DNA from: an uncultured Bacillota bacterium
GTDB taxonomy: Bacteria > Bacillota_I > Bacilli_A > RFN20 > CAG-288
DNA length: 64,000 nt
NCBI GenBank assembly: GCA_949290645.1
Contig: CASESG010000006.1
Coordinates: 23,088 to 87,087 of the forward strand
Reading direction: 5' to 3'
In this document: positions 19,572 through 29,057 of the stretch, piece by piece
How positions within the stretch are numbered: position 1 is the first letter of the stretch
Layout: each line of letters opens with the position of its first letter
Notes under the pieces: generated by a model
The model's database searches: none
What the model saw: the letters and a program-made list of their open reading frames with translations, nothing else
What the model was told of the DNA's origin: nothing
Position numbers and translations under genes: made by a program

Positions 19572-21910
19572 CAACGAAAAAGACAAAGAACAAGAAGAGT
19601 CCGCTCTTGTCCCTGGCCATCGTCCGGGAGAGCGTTCGTTCCAACTGGATTTCCTTCCTGGTGACGGCCATCGGAAACGTCCTCATCGCCATCGTCGTCA
19701 TCCTGATCCTTTCCACCCTCGGTCTCAACACGCTCCAGGATTCCCTCTCCCAACTCTTTTCCAACGCCGACATGCTGAGCCTTGTCGGACAGGGAAGCTT
19801 CTCCTATTACCTGGCCTATTCCAACGCCGTCGAGCTGGACAAGGGCTCGGGTCCCTTCGTCACGGATTTCAAGGATGAGTTCACCACCCTTGTCCCCGTC
19901 GGTTTCCAGACCCAGGAGACTCTGGAAGAGAGCCCATTGCTCCAGGGCCTTGTGAAGACGATGTTCTTCAATCCCTATTACGAAAACTACCAGAATGCGG
20001 AAGGAACGGACGAGGAGAAGCATCAGGAAGCGAAATCCCTCGCCATGAACGAGGACCTGCTCAACACCATCAAGTCTTTGATTCCCGACCTTGCTTTCCT
20101 CTCTAACGAAAGCATCGAGGCCTTCCTCTCCTGTGTCCTTGATTCCTATCATGAAGAGATGCTTCAGAATCCGGAATCCTTCCCCGATGATGCCGACGTC
20201 CCTTCCATCATCGAAGGAGGGATGAATCTTTCCATCCGTTCGATTCTGTCTCGCTTCGGAGCCTCGGAAGAGAAGATCTCCGCCTTCCTCGTGGAGTTTG
20301 AGAAGGCGCGGACGATCGATAAGGAGAGCGGCACCATCACCGACGAGCAGCTCTTGAATCTCTATTACCAAGGCATCTCCAGCATCGCGCCCAAGGGGAT
20401 GGAAAAGGAGCTTGTCGACTTTGCCAAGGCTCTGATCGCCAGCAAGGAGAGCAATCCCGATGCCTACGAGAACAACACCGTCCTGGAGGGACAGGAATTC
20501 GGCTATCGGGACGAGGCCCTCTTTGCGGCTATCGAAGACTTGCTCTCCTCGATGATGGGACAGTTCGCCTACTTATCCAAGCTTCCCGACTTCACGGTCT
20601 ACTACCTGACAGACGACCTCGGAAGGCCGATAGCACGAGAGGAGGGAAAGGAAGTCGTCCTCACCTCCTATGATCCCGAAAGGATGATTCCCGTTGCCGA
20701 CGGCATGTATGTCTCCGCCAACATCCTCCAGAAGCAGCACAAATACGAGCTGACCGGAACGGATTACACAGAAGAGGAGATCCAAACGGCCAAGGAGGAA
20801 AGCCAGGAGGAGATCCGCCAGTTGATCGGCGATGTCGACTCCTTCCTAAGAGACATGGTCCGTCAGGAAAACGCCGGCAAAGACCCCGGCTATTACACCC
20901 CTGCGGAGAGCGGAGCGATGGGCGAGGTTCACGGGGAGAAGCTCGTCCCCGTGATTCTGGATGTCCTGAAGAGACAAGCCCAGGAACAGATCCTCGAGGC
21001 TTTCGACGTCTCCTCCCTCGACGAGATCGGCAAGGACAAGCAAGGAGTCTCGGGCACGCAGCTTTTGGAATTCGTCCAGAACCAGTGCGTCGGAGCCATC
21101 TACTCCTATGAGACCTATCTCGGGGACAACACGACCGTCGGTGCCTCCGCGATTGAGGCGATGATGTCCTCGATGGTCAAGGCCAGCCAATCGATCCTGG
21201 ACAATCTTCCTGCCTCCGTCGAGAAGAGCTTCCTCGAGCTCAGCGAGATGAACATGTACGGAATCTTCATCGGCATCATGTTCTTCGGCCTGGCCGGCCT
21301 GCTCCTTCCGATGGTCTTCACCATCCTCACCGCTAACGAGCTAGTGGCCCAGAAGGTCGAAAACGGTTCCATGGCCTTCACTCTCTCCGCCCCCGTCCGC
21401 AGAAGGACCGTCCTCTTCTCGAAAGCCTTCAGCTTGCTTCTGGCGATGGTCTTGATGTCCCTCCTTCTCCTCTGCGGCTCTCTTGTCGCACGGACCATCG
21501 GCATCGCCGTGGGTGGGGAAGACTTCCAAAGTGCCCTCCCCATCGGGATGCTATTACGCTTCGTGCTTGGAAACTTCCTCTGCATGTTCAGCATCTCCGG
21601 CATCTGCTTCCTCTCCTCCTCTTGCTTCTCCAAGACGAAATATGCCCTCGGAATCGGAGGCGGAATCACGATCTTCTTCCTCGTCTGCGCAATCTTGGGC
21701 CTCTTTGGCGGACCGGCGATGCCCTCGACCATCCGCATCGAGGCGATGGACTTCTTCAACTACCTGACCATCCTCTCCTTCTACGATGCCTCTTCGGCCA
21801 TGGCAAACTCGCCCGTGTTCTACTACAAGCTGATCGCGCTCCTGGGCATCGGAATCCTCACCTATCTCTCCTCCTTCCTCGTCTTCGAGAAGAAGGACCT
21901 CCCTCTCTAA
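19568..21910 (+). CDS. ABC-2 type permease with a ~500 aa extracytoplasmic domain
   Basis: N-terminal TM, long acidic loop, ANELVAQKVENGSMAFTLSAPVRR motif, several C-terminal TMs, FEKKDLPL end. Confidence 0.85.
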   Translation: MTTKKTKNKKSPLLSLAIVRESVRSNWISFLVTAIGNVLIAIVVILILSTLGLNTLQDSLSQLFSNADMLSLVGQGSFSYYLAYSNAVELDKGSGPFVTDFKDEFTTLVPVGFQTQETLEESPLLQGLVKTMFFNPYYENYQNAEGTDEEKHQEAKSLAMNEDLLNTIKSLIPDLAFLSNESIEAFLSCVLDSYHEEMLQNPESFPDDADVPSIIEGGMNLSIRSILSRFGASEEKISAFLVEFEKARTIDKESGTITDEQLLNLYYQGISSIAPKGMEKELVDFAKALIASKESNPDAYENNTVLEGQEFGYRDEALFAAIEDLLSSMMGQFAYLSKLPDFTVYYLTDDLGRPIAREEGKEVVLTSYDPERMIPVADGMYVSANILQKQHKYELTGTDYTEEEIQTAKEESQEEIRQLIGDVDSFLRDMVRQENAGKDPGYYTPAESGAMGEVHGEKLVPVILDVLKRQAQEQILEAFDVSSLDEIGKDKQGVSGTQLLEFVQNQCVGAIYSYETYLGDNTTVGASAIEAMMSSMVKASQSILDNLPASVEKSFLELSEMNMYGIFIGIMFFGLAGLLLPMVFTILTANELVAQKVENGSMAFTLSAPVRRRTVLFSKAFSLLLAMVLMSLLLLCGSLVARTIGIAVGGEDFQSALPIGMLLRFVLGNFLCMFSISGICFLSSSCFSKTKYALGIGGGITIFFLVCAILGLFGGPAMPSTIRIEAMDFFNYLTILSFYDASSAMANSPVFYYKLIALLGIGILTYLSSFLVFEKKDLPL

Positions 21911-22812
21911 TTCGACACGATCCTTTCCTTCTCTTTTGCGATCAACCTTTCCATGTCCTCTTTTTCCCTGCTCTCAAGAAGGGATTTCCTCAGGGAGATC
22001 ACCTTCGGATAGCCCCAGGAATGGAAAAGACCCCTGGGAGCGACAAGCTCCTTTTCCCCATCCCCCGCGAAAGCCCCAAGAAGCAAGGACAAGGAAGCCT
22101 TCCACGGCTTCATGAAGATCACTTTCATGAGCGGGACAAGAAAGGTCTCGAAAGCCTTTCCGAAACCACCCTTTTCGCTCTGGAAGAGAGAGGTCGCGCT
22201 CACTCCCGGATGGGCAAGGACAAAAGAGCGCACGGGATATCTCCTCTTCAGGGCAAGGACATAGAGGGCAAGAAGGCGTTTGTCCCTTCCGTAGCGGATG
22301 GTCTTGGCGCAGTGGAGAGACATCGGATCCTTGAAATCCACTTTCGAATAATACATCGAGACGCTTCCGGTGTGGATGATCCTCGTCTCGGGATGATTCA
22401 TCAGAAGTTCCTCGTCGATCCAGAGGATTGACAGGAAATCCGTCTGATAGGTCCTCTCATAGCCGTCCTTGGTCCTTTCCAAAGGACGATGGTACGTCCC
22501 GGCCACATGGAAGAAGAAGTCGATCCTCTCCGGCAGTCTCTTGAGGAAAGAGAAGACCTCCTCTTTCACGGAGAGATCCAGGGGAAAAGCGAAAAGATTC
22601 GAAGAGAACTTCGAGAGTTCCTCCAGAAGCTTCTTTGCCTTGCTTTCGTTTCGATAGGTGAAATAGACCCTGGCCCCAAGGAAAAGTAGGTTCAAGATCA
22701 AGTTGCGCGCCAAAGAGCCCGTGCCGCCAGTGACGACACAGACCTTCCCCACAAGGGAAGGAAGTTTTGAAAGATATTTTTCCCTTTTCCGAAGGACGGT
22801 ATTTCTTCGCAT
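21907..22812 (-). CDS. Short-chain dehydrogenase/reductase
   Basis: VVTGGTGSLA, YGRDK (YxxxK), AHPGVSAT. Confidence 0.85.
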   Translation of the reverse strand: MRRNTVLRKREKYLSKLPSLVGKVCVVTGGTGSLARNLILNLLFLGARVYFTYRNESKAKKLLEELSKFSSNLFAFPLDLSVKEEVFSFLKRLPERIDFFFHVAGTYHRPLERTKDGYERTYQTDFLSILWIDEELLMNHPETRIIHTGSVSMYYSKVDFKDPMSLHCAKTIRYGRDKRLLALYVLALKRRYPVRSFVLAHPGVSATSLFQSEKGGFGKAFETFLVPLMKVIFMKPWKASLSLLLGAFAGDGEKELVAPRGLFHSWGYPKVISLRKSLLESREKEDMERLIAKEKERIVSN

Positions 22813-22840
22813 AAAGAAAGACGGCCCCGAAGGCCGTCCC
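22813..22840 (-). terminator. Intrinsic terminator after rpsO
   Basis: Minus strand GACGGCC-TTCGG-GGCCGTC followed by TTTCTTT. Confidence 0.75.
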
Positions 22841-22843
22841 TGT

Positions 22844-23110
22844 TTACTTGCTCTTGATGGAACGATAGACTTCTTCGTACTTCTCAGGATTCGTTCTCTT
22901 GAGATAGGCAAGGAGCTTCTTGCGGCGAGCGATGATGATGTCCATGCCGCGCTTGCTGGAATAGTCGTGGATGTTGTTGGTCATGTGGACCGTCAGCTTC
23001 TTGATCTTCGCGGTCAGAAGGGCAATCTGGACTTCCGCAGAACCCGTGTCCTTCTCGTCGCGACGACTGGCAGTGATGGCTGCCGTCTTCTCTTCTTTCG
23101 TGAGTGCCAT
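22844..23110 (-). CDS. rpsO: 30S ribosomal protein S15
   Basis: MALTKEEK...DTGSAEVQIALLT...HDYSSKRG...RRKKLLAYL. Confidence 0.97.
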   Translation of the reverse strand: MALTKEEKTAAITASRRDEKDTGSAEVQIALLTAKIKKLTVHMTNNIHDYSSKRGMDIIIARRKKLLAYLKRTNPEKYEEVYRSIKSK

Positions 23111-23197
23111 TGTCTTGAACTCTCTTTCTGCGCGTTCACCGAGACGAGGTGCTTTGACACAAGCCACGACCCAGTCGACGTGCGAATATGAATTATA
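23111..23197 (-). promoter_or_regulatory. rpsO promoter (TATAAT) and putative S15-binding leader
   Basis: Minus-strand TATAAT at 23192-23197, then a ~70 nt leader with complementary segments (ACTGGG/CTCGGT); S15 autoregulation is known in Firmicutes, but the fold was not computed. Confidence 0.4.
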
Positions 23198-23329
23198 CCC
23201 AATCTTCTCCGGAAATGGAAGTCTCTTTTTCAAATTTGACGATCCGAAGGAGCTCCCACCCAGAGTCTGGTGTTCCCAGGAAGACGAATTCCGGTCTCCA
23301 CCCCGCTTCTCATTTTCAATGCGCGACAA

Positions 23330-24472
23330 TCAGATTTTCAGCGCCTTCGTCAATTCCTTTTCTAGAATTCCGGCTCGTTCCCGATAGCCCATCCGGAGGA
23401 AGACGTCCTTGTTCTTGCTTCCGACATAGACGACTTTCCGCGGGACATGGCGCATGGAGAGGTTCTTCTCGAAGATGTCAAGCAGGGCGACGCCCTTCTC
23501 CGTTTTCGTCTCCAAGAGCTCGATTTCCACGGAGAAATCCGCCTTCGCCTTGGCCTTGAGATAACCGACCGGATTCTCTTCCTCAAGCAAGAGATAATAG
23601 AAGGATCCATCCTCCCTGAAATCGTCCTCCGAGCGTAGAGCATGGGCAAGAGAGGCGACATCCCTCATGTCCTTCATCGTGGAACAGCGCCGGACGAAGA
23701 GACCATCGGAAGGAGTGGAACCCAAGCGCTGGAAGAAAAGCTGGAAGGACTGATCATTTGTCAGCATCGCCGCAAAGTTGCTGTGGGCGTCGGGAATGGT
23801 CTCATAGAGGTGGTTGAGCATTTCCTTCATGAATTCCCTCTGGGTCTTCTTGTCGTTTCCGCAGAGGTTTTTCGCCACCGGCAGCTGGAAGGCTTTCCGA
23901 TAGCGCTCGATATCCTTCTCCGTCGCATAGATTAAGGGACGGATGAACTCGATTCTGGCATCCTCGAGATACATCTTGGGCTCGAAGGTCGCAACTCGAC
24001 CTCCATAGGCCATGTTGAGGAAGAGCGTCTCGATCGCATCATCCATGTGGTGGGCAAAGGCGACCTTCTGAAATCCCAAACGTTTCGCCGTCTTGTTGAC
24101 GATGGCTTTTCTCATGCGGGAGCAGATCGAGCATGGAAGAAGCCCGTTCTTGGGATTTCGGTGGTCCTTCAGGATATCGTAGACTTCCTTCTCCTCTACC
24201 AATAAATATTCGACTCCCAAGGAGTGGACGAATTCCTCGACCGGTCGGAAATCGACATACGGAAAGCCAAAATCGAGGTGGACAGCGGTGATGGAGAAGT
24301 TCTTTCCACGGAAGAGGCGATAGGTCGAAAGAAGGTCGAGAAGAACGACAGAATCCTTTCCACCAGAAAGGCCGACAAGGATCTTGTCTCCCTGTCGGAT
24401 CAGACCGAAGTCATAGTCGGCCCGTCTCAGAGCGGCGAGCATCTTCTTCCGAATCGTGCTGTTGCTGTCCAT
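23330..24472 (-). CDS. ttcA: TtcA-family tRNA thiolase with a C-terminal GNAT-like extension
   Basis: LSGGKDS PP-loop, PCSICSRMRK, AHHMDDAIET, IRPL; about 115 extra C-terminal residues ending FLRMGYRE. Confidence 0.85.
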   Translation of the reverse strand: MDSNSTIRKKMLAALRRADYDFGLIRQGDKILVGLSGGKDSVVLLDLLSTYRLFRGKNFSITAVHLDFGFPYVDFRPVEEFVHSLGVEYLLVEEKEVYDILKDHRNPKNGLLPCSICSRMRKAIVNKTAKRLGFQKVAFAHHMDDAIETLFLNMAYGGRVATFEPKMYLEDARIEFIRPLIYATEKDIERYRKAFQLPVAKNLCGNDKKTQREFMKEMLNHLYETIPDAHSNFAAMLTNDQSFQLFFQRLGSTPSDGLFVRRCSTMKDMRDVASLAHALRSEDDFREDGSFYYLLLEEENPVGYLKAKAKADFSVEIELLETKTEKGVALLDIFEKNLSMRHVPRKVVYVGSKNKDVFLRMGYRERAGILEKELTKALKI

Positions 24473-24481
24473 GGCAGATGG

Positions 24482-24491
24482 ATTATACAAT
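24482..24491. promoter_or_regulatory. Overlapping divergent -10 boxes for ttcA and truB
   Basis: Minus-strand TATAAT (24482-24487) lies 9 nt from the ttcA ATG; plus-strand TACAAT (24486-24491) lies 6 nt from the truB GTG. Confidence 0.55.
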
Positions 24492-24497
24492 ATTTCC

Positions 24498-25373
24498 GTG
24501 AAAGAAACGGAAAACAACGCACAAGGATTTCTTCTCGTCGACAAGAAAGAGGGTTGGACCTCGACGGATGTCGATCGGCAGGCGAAGAAGATTTTTCATC
24601 AGCGAAGAGTGGGTCATCTGGGAACCCTCGATCCCTTTGCGACCGGCCTTTTGATCCTCGCCATCGGGGAGATGACGAAGTTTCTCCCTCTCCTTGACGA
24701 CCGTTGGAAAGTCTATCGAGCAAAGCTCGTTCTGGGAACAAGCACGGCGACCGGAGACAGCAGCGGAGACATCCTTGCGGAGAAGGAAGTCCCTCCTCTG
24801 ACCAAGGAGGAAATCGATCTCGCTCTCAAAAGCTTGCTTGGAAAATCCATGCAAGTTCCTCCAATGTATTCCGCCAAAAGAATCAACGGAGAAAGAGCCT
24901 ACGACTTAGCAAGACAAGGAAAGGATGTTCATTTGTCTCCCCAAGAGATTGAGGTGTCGGAAATCTTCTTAATCGACTATGACGAAGACAGAAAGGCCAT
25001 CACCTTCCAAGCCACGGTCTCCAAAGGAACCTATCTTCGCACTCTCGGAATGGACATCGCCCACCGGCTCAAGACCGAAGGGCATCTTGCTCAACTGAGG
25101 CGCTTGCAAGTAGGTCCCTACTTGGTGAAGGATGCCATCGACATCCTTGAGGCCAATAGGGAGAATCTCCTTCCGCTGACCAAAGTCCTTGAGGGTTGCA
25201 GGGCACTCCCTCTCTCCGACGAAAACCTTGCCCGAGCGAAAAACGGTTCCACCCTTTTCCTATCCCCGCAATCGACTTTCCTCCTGGTCGAAGATCAAGA
25301 TAGACAACCAATCGCCCTTTACCAGAGAAAGGGGAAGGTTTATCATTGCGTCCGAGGCTTTCGACATGATTGA
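24498..25373 (+). CDS. truB: tRNA pseudouridine(55) synthase
   Basis: GHLGTLDPFATG, QVPPMYSAKRINGERAY, VSKGTYLRTL; GTG start inferred. Confidence 0.95.
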   Translation: MKETENNAQGFLLVDKKEGWTSTDVDRQAKKIFHQRRVGHLGTLDPFATGLLILAIGEMTKFLPLLDDRWKVYRAKLVLGTSTATGDSSGDILAEKEVPPLTKEEIDLALKSLLGKSMQVPPMYSAKRINGERAYDLARQGKDVHLSPQEIEVSEIFLIDYDEDRKAITFQATVSKGTYLRTLGMDIAHRLKTEGHLAQLRRLQVGPYLVKDAIDILEANRENLLPLTKVLEGCRALPLSDENLARAKNGSTLFLSPQSTFLLVEDQDRQPIALYQRKGKVYHCVRGFRHD

Positions 25374-26220
25374 TCCATCCGCTCTTTGTGGAAGAGACGT
25401 CGCCATCGGTTTCTTCGACGGCGTCCACATCGGCCATCGACGACTTCTGGAAAAGGCGAATGACCCCAAGCTTTGCCTGACTTTTTCCTTGGATCTTGCA
25501 AAGCGGAAGAAGTGCCAGCTCATCGATACGCCCAAGGAAAAGGAGATGCTCCTGAACAGACTCGGCTTTCCCGTTCTCTCCTTGGACTTCTCCCTCATCC
25601 GCTCCTGGAGCAAGGACGAGTTCCTCCATTGGCTGAGGGAAAGAAAGCCGAGAAGGATCCTTGTCGGCGAGGACTTCCGTTTCGGAAAAGGAAGAGAGGG
25701 AAATGCCAGAGACCTTCTTTCCCTTTCGGATGAGATCGAAGTCACGATTGTTCCTCTCTTCGCTACTGTCGATGGGATCAAGGTCTCATCCACCCGCATC
25801 CGCACTCTCTTGACGAAAGGCTTGTTGGACGAGGCGAATTCCCTCCTCGGCTATCCCTACTTCATGTTGGGAGAAGTCATTCACGGCAGAGGAAACGGGC
25901 ACAAGATCGGTTTCCCGACCGCGAACATCAAGACCACGTCCGCGAAAGTGGCTCTCCCCACCGGAGTCTACAGGACCAGCACCATAATCGACGGGAAAGT
26001 CTTTCCTTCGATGACCAACGTCGGAAAGCATCCGACGATCGATCCGACCAAGAGGAGATCTGTCGAGACGAACATCCTCGATTTCGACAGCGACTTATAT
26101 GGAAAGACGATCGAAGTCCGTTTCCACGGCTTTCTCCGTCCCCAGATCAAGTTCTCTTCTCTCGATGAGCTGAAGAAACAGCTTTTCCGGGATCGGAAAG
26201 AAAGCACCCGCCTATACTGA
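25366..26220 (+). CDS. ribF: Riboflavin kinase / FAD synthetase
   Basis: IGFFDGVHIGH, GEDFRFG, SSTRIR, GFPTAN, ETNILDF. Confidence 0.95.
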   Translation: MIDPSALCGRDVAIGFFDGVHIGHRRLLEKANDPKLCLTFSLDLAKRKKCQLIDTPKEKEMLLNRLGFPVLSLDFSLIRSWSKDEFLHWLRERKPRRILVGEDFRFGKGREGNARDLLSLSDEIEVTIVPLFATVDGIKVSSTRIRTLLTKGLLDEANSLLGYPYFMLGEVIHGRGNGHKIGFPTANIKTTSAKVALPTGVYRTSTIIDGKVFPSMTNVGKHPTIDPTKRRSVETNILDFDSDLYGKTIEVRFHGFLRPQIKFSSLDELKKQLFRDRKESTRLY

Positions 26221-26241
26221 AAAAGGCGCCGCAGCGCCTTA
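26221..26241. terminator. Hairpin terminator between convergent ribF and rbfA
   Basis: AAAAGGCGC-CGCA-GCGCCTT. Confidence 0.7.
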
Positions 26242-26694
26242 TTTCGAATCGGTCTTCGTCTTTCGGACGGCTTTCGCCGTCTTTTTCTTCGCCGTCTTTT
26301 TTTCGGCTTTCTTGCCTTCCTTCTCTTCCTTCTCGAGGTCCTTGAGGGTCTTGGGCTTGGAGGCGAGGGCCTTGGCGATGACCTCATCCATGTGCCGTGC
26401 CTTCTCGTAGACCTCGTCCTTGAGGAAAGTCAGCTCCGGGGTCTTGTAGATCGAGAGCTTCTGGGAGAGCAGGGAGCGGATTCTCTTGGCGTTCTTGTTG
26501 AGGAAGCCGACCAAGGCATCCGTGGCCTCCGGGCGAAGGTGCGTAACGTAGATCTTGCAGTAGGAATAGTCCTTCGACATCCGCACCTCGTTGATCGAGC
26601 TGTATTCGCAGAGAGGGCTCTTGAGCTCGTAGAGGACGATCTCGGAGACATTCCTCTGAATCAGTTCCTGTATCCTTCCCTTCTTGTCAGCCAT
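26239..26694 (-). CDS. rbfA: Ribosome-binding factor A with Lys-rich tail
   Basis: EVRMSKDYSYCKIY, YKTPELTFLKD; follows infB. Confidence 0.92.
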   Translation of the reverse strand: MADKKGRIQELIQRNVSEIVLYELKSPLCEYSSINEVRMSKDYSYCKIYVTHLRPEATDALVGFLNKNAKRIRSLLSQKLSIYKTPELTFLKDEVYEKARHMDEVIAKALASKPKTLKDLEKEEKEGKKAEKKTAKKKTAKAVRKTKTDSK

Positions 26695-28507
26695 TCTTCT
26701 TGACCTCCTGGCCATAGGCTTCCAGGACATCCCCGACTTCGCAATTGAACTTGTCGTCGATCGTCGCACCGCACTCGAAGCCCTGGAGGACTTCCTTGGC
26801 ATCGTCCTTGAAGCGCTTGAGGCTGGTGAGCTTGGTATCGAGGACCATCTCGTTCTTGCGGTAGAGACGGACGTGGCAGTTGCTCTTGAGCTTTCCTTCC
26901 GTCACGTAGAGGCCGAGGATCTGGCCGACGCGGCTGGCCTTGAAGAGACTTCGCACTTCGGCCTTGCCGTAGACGACTTCCTCATAGACTGGGCCGAGCT
27001 TTCCGCGCAAGGCTGCCTCGATGTCCTCCGTCAGGTGGTAGATGATGTTGTACTCGCGGATCTCGACCTTCTTGTCCTTGGCTTCTTCCTTGACCGCGGC
27101 AGAGACCTTGACGGAGAAAGCGATGACGACCGCATGGGAAGCATGGGCAAGGACGATATCGCCCTGGTTGACATCGCCCGAGGCGCAGTGGATGATCTGA
27201 AGCTTCGTCCCCGGGACGTCGATCTTCTCCAGGGAGGACTTGATGGCCTCGCACGAACCTTGCGTGTCTGCCTTGACGATCAGGTGGATGATGGGCATCT
27301 CGCCGCTTGCGACCGTCGAAGCGATGTCGGCAAGGCTGGCTCCCTTCTCCGTCTTTCCGATCGAAGCCTGAGCCTTTCTCGCCGCCGCATCGCGCGCTTC
27401 CTTCTCGCTGGGGAAGGCCATGAAACGGTCCCCCGCGATCGGAACGCCGGAAAGTCCGGTGACGACAACCGGAGTCGACGGGCAGGCATCCTTGAGGGCA
27501 TGGTCGTATTCGTTGACCATCTTGCGGACTTTGCAATAATACTCGCCGACCGCCAGATAATCCCCGACATGAAGGGTGCCGTTTTGAACCAGAAGGGTCG
27601 CCTTGCTTCCTTCCTTCTTGTCCAGACGCGCCTCGATGACCGAGCCGACCGCCGGGCCTTCGTTGTGGGCCCGAAGCTCGAGAAGTTCGGCCAGCTCGAG
27701 GATTCCTTCCAGAAGCTTGTCGACCCCGATGTTCTTCTTGGCCGAGATCTCGAACATCATCGTGTCACCGCCCCACTCCTCGCAGAGCAAGCCGTGGTTG
27801 GAGAGTTCGCTCTTGACCTTCTCGACGTTGACACCCGGCTTGTCGATCTTGTTGATGGCGACGATGATTGGAACCTTGGCCGCCCGAGCATGGTCGATGG
27901 CCTCGATCGTCTGAGGCTTGACGCCATCGTCTGCCGCGACGACCAGGACGACGATGTCGGTGACGGAAGCGCCGCGCGCACGCATCGCCGTGAAGGCTTC
28001 ATGCCCCGGAGTGTCGATGAAGGTGATCTTCCTTCCGTTGATGGTCTTCTGATAGGCGCCGATCTCCTGGGTGATGCCACCATGCTCTCCCGCCGCGATC
28101 GCCGAATGGCGAATCGTGTCGATCAAGGTCGTCTTGCCGTGGTCGACATGGCCCATGATGGTGACGACCGGTGGTCTTTCGTCCGTATCCTTCTGCTTGT
28201 CGAAGATGCTCGCCTTGGTGAAATCGTCGGGAAGGGAACCCTCTTCCTTGCGGAAGTCCAGATCGTGCTCGAGGCAGACCTCAGCGATCAGTTCGTCGGA
28301 GAGGACCGTGTTGAGGGAGATCAGCTTGCCCTGCATCAAAAAGCCCTTGATGACTTCCGCCGCCGGCACTCCGATGCGTTTGCAGAGCTGATCCAGCGTG
28401 ATGGGGCCCGAATAGACAAAGACGCCGTTCTCGACTTCGGAATGGTTCTTCTTGGCAAAGCCAGGCCGCGCTGCGCTTCTGTCCTTTCGATGTTTCTTGT
28501 CGCTCAT
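26687..28507 (-). CDS. infB: Translation initiation factor IF-2 (short N-terminus)
   Basis: [29 protein letters not shown]. Confidence 0.97.
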   Translation of the reverse strand: MSDKKHRKDRSAARPGFAKKNHSEVENGVFVYSGPITLDQLCKRIGVPAAEVIKGFLMQGKLISLNTVLSDELIAEVCLEHDLDFRKEEGSLPDDFTKASIFDKQKDTDERPPVVTIMGHVDHGKTTLIDTIRHSAIAAGEHGGITQEIGAYQKTINGRKITFIDTPGHEAFTAMRARGASVTDIVVLVVAADDGVKPQTIEAIDHARAAKVPIIVAINKIDKPGVNVEKVKSELSNHGLLCEEWGGDTMMFEISAKKNIGVDKLLEGILELAELLELRAHNEGPAVGSVIEARLDKKEGSKATLLVQNGTLHVGDYLAVGEYYCKVRKMVNEYDHALKDACPSTPVVVTGLSGVPIAGDRFMAFPSEKEARDAAARKAQASIGKTEKGASLADIASTVASGEMPIIHLIVKADTQGSCEAIKSSLEKIDVPGTKLQIIHCASGDVNQGDIVLAHASHAVVIAFSVKVSAAVKEEAKDKKVEIREYNIIYHLTEDIEAALRGKLGPVYEEVVYGKAEVRSLFKASRVGQILGLYVTEGKLKSNCHVRLYRKNEMVLDTKLTSLKRFKDDAKEVLQGFECGATIDDKFNCEVGDVLEAYGQEVKKNG

Positions 28508-28812
28508 CTTTGTTCCTCCTTACGATACATATCCAAAATCGCCTTGGCCAGGCCATCGTTCGTGATCCCGATGGCATGGGCCTTCTTCATCTTCAGCTTT
28601 GAGAAGTCGATCGAATCGACCGCGATCGTCTCGACTTCCTTCTTCCTTCTTAGGAGCCTCTCCTTGTGCTTCTCGCTCAACTCGGGAAGCAAGAGCAGAA
28701 GATGAACATTTCCCTTGTCGAGCTCATCGAGAAGTTGCTCCCCGACCTTGAGGGCCTTCGACCGACGGGCCAGTCCCAAGTAGCCGCACAATCTTCTCTG
28801 GTCGATGCTCAT
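28504..28812 (-). CDS. ylxQ: L7Ae/YlxQ-family RNA-binding protein
   Basis: LGLARRSKALKVGE; position between ylxR and infB. Confidence 0.8.
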   Translation of the reverse strand: MSIDQRRLCGYLGLARRSKALKVGEQLLDELDKGNVHLLLLLPELSEKHKERLLRRKKEVETIAVDSIDFSKLKMKKAHAIGITNDGLAKAILDMYRKEEQR

Positions 28813-29057
28813 AGCTCTTCCTCCATCTTCCGGAAGAGTCGTTCATAGTCCGTGCTCTTGGAGAAACGGAGCAGAGGATTCTTCTTCCTCATCTTCTCCA
28901 GGACTTCCTTCTTCCTGAGGACGTAATAGCCCCGACCCTTCCTCTCTTTGGAAAGGTCAAGCTCGAATCTCCCGTCAACGAGGACGAGGCGGAAGAATTG
29001 ATCTCTGGATGCTCTCTCCCTCGTCAGGAGATCCATCCGCGTCGGCTGAAAGGTCAT
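28809..29057 (-). CDS. ylxR: YlxR (DUF448) RNA-binding protein
   Basis: PTRMD...FRLV...GRGYY; position after nusA. Confidence 0.8.
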   Translation of the reverse strand: MTFQPTRMDLLTRERASRDQFFRLVLVDGRFELDLSKERKGRGYYVLRKKEVLEKMRKKNPLLRFSKSTDYERLFRKMEEEL

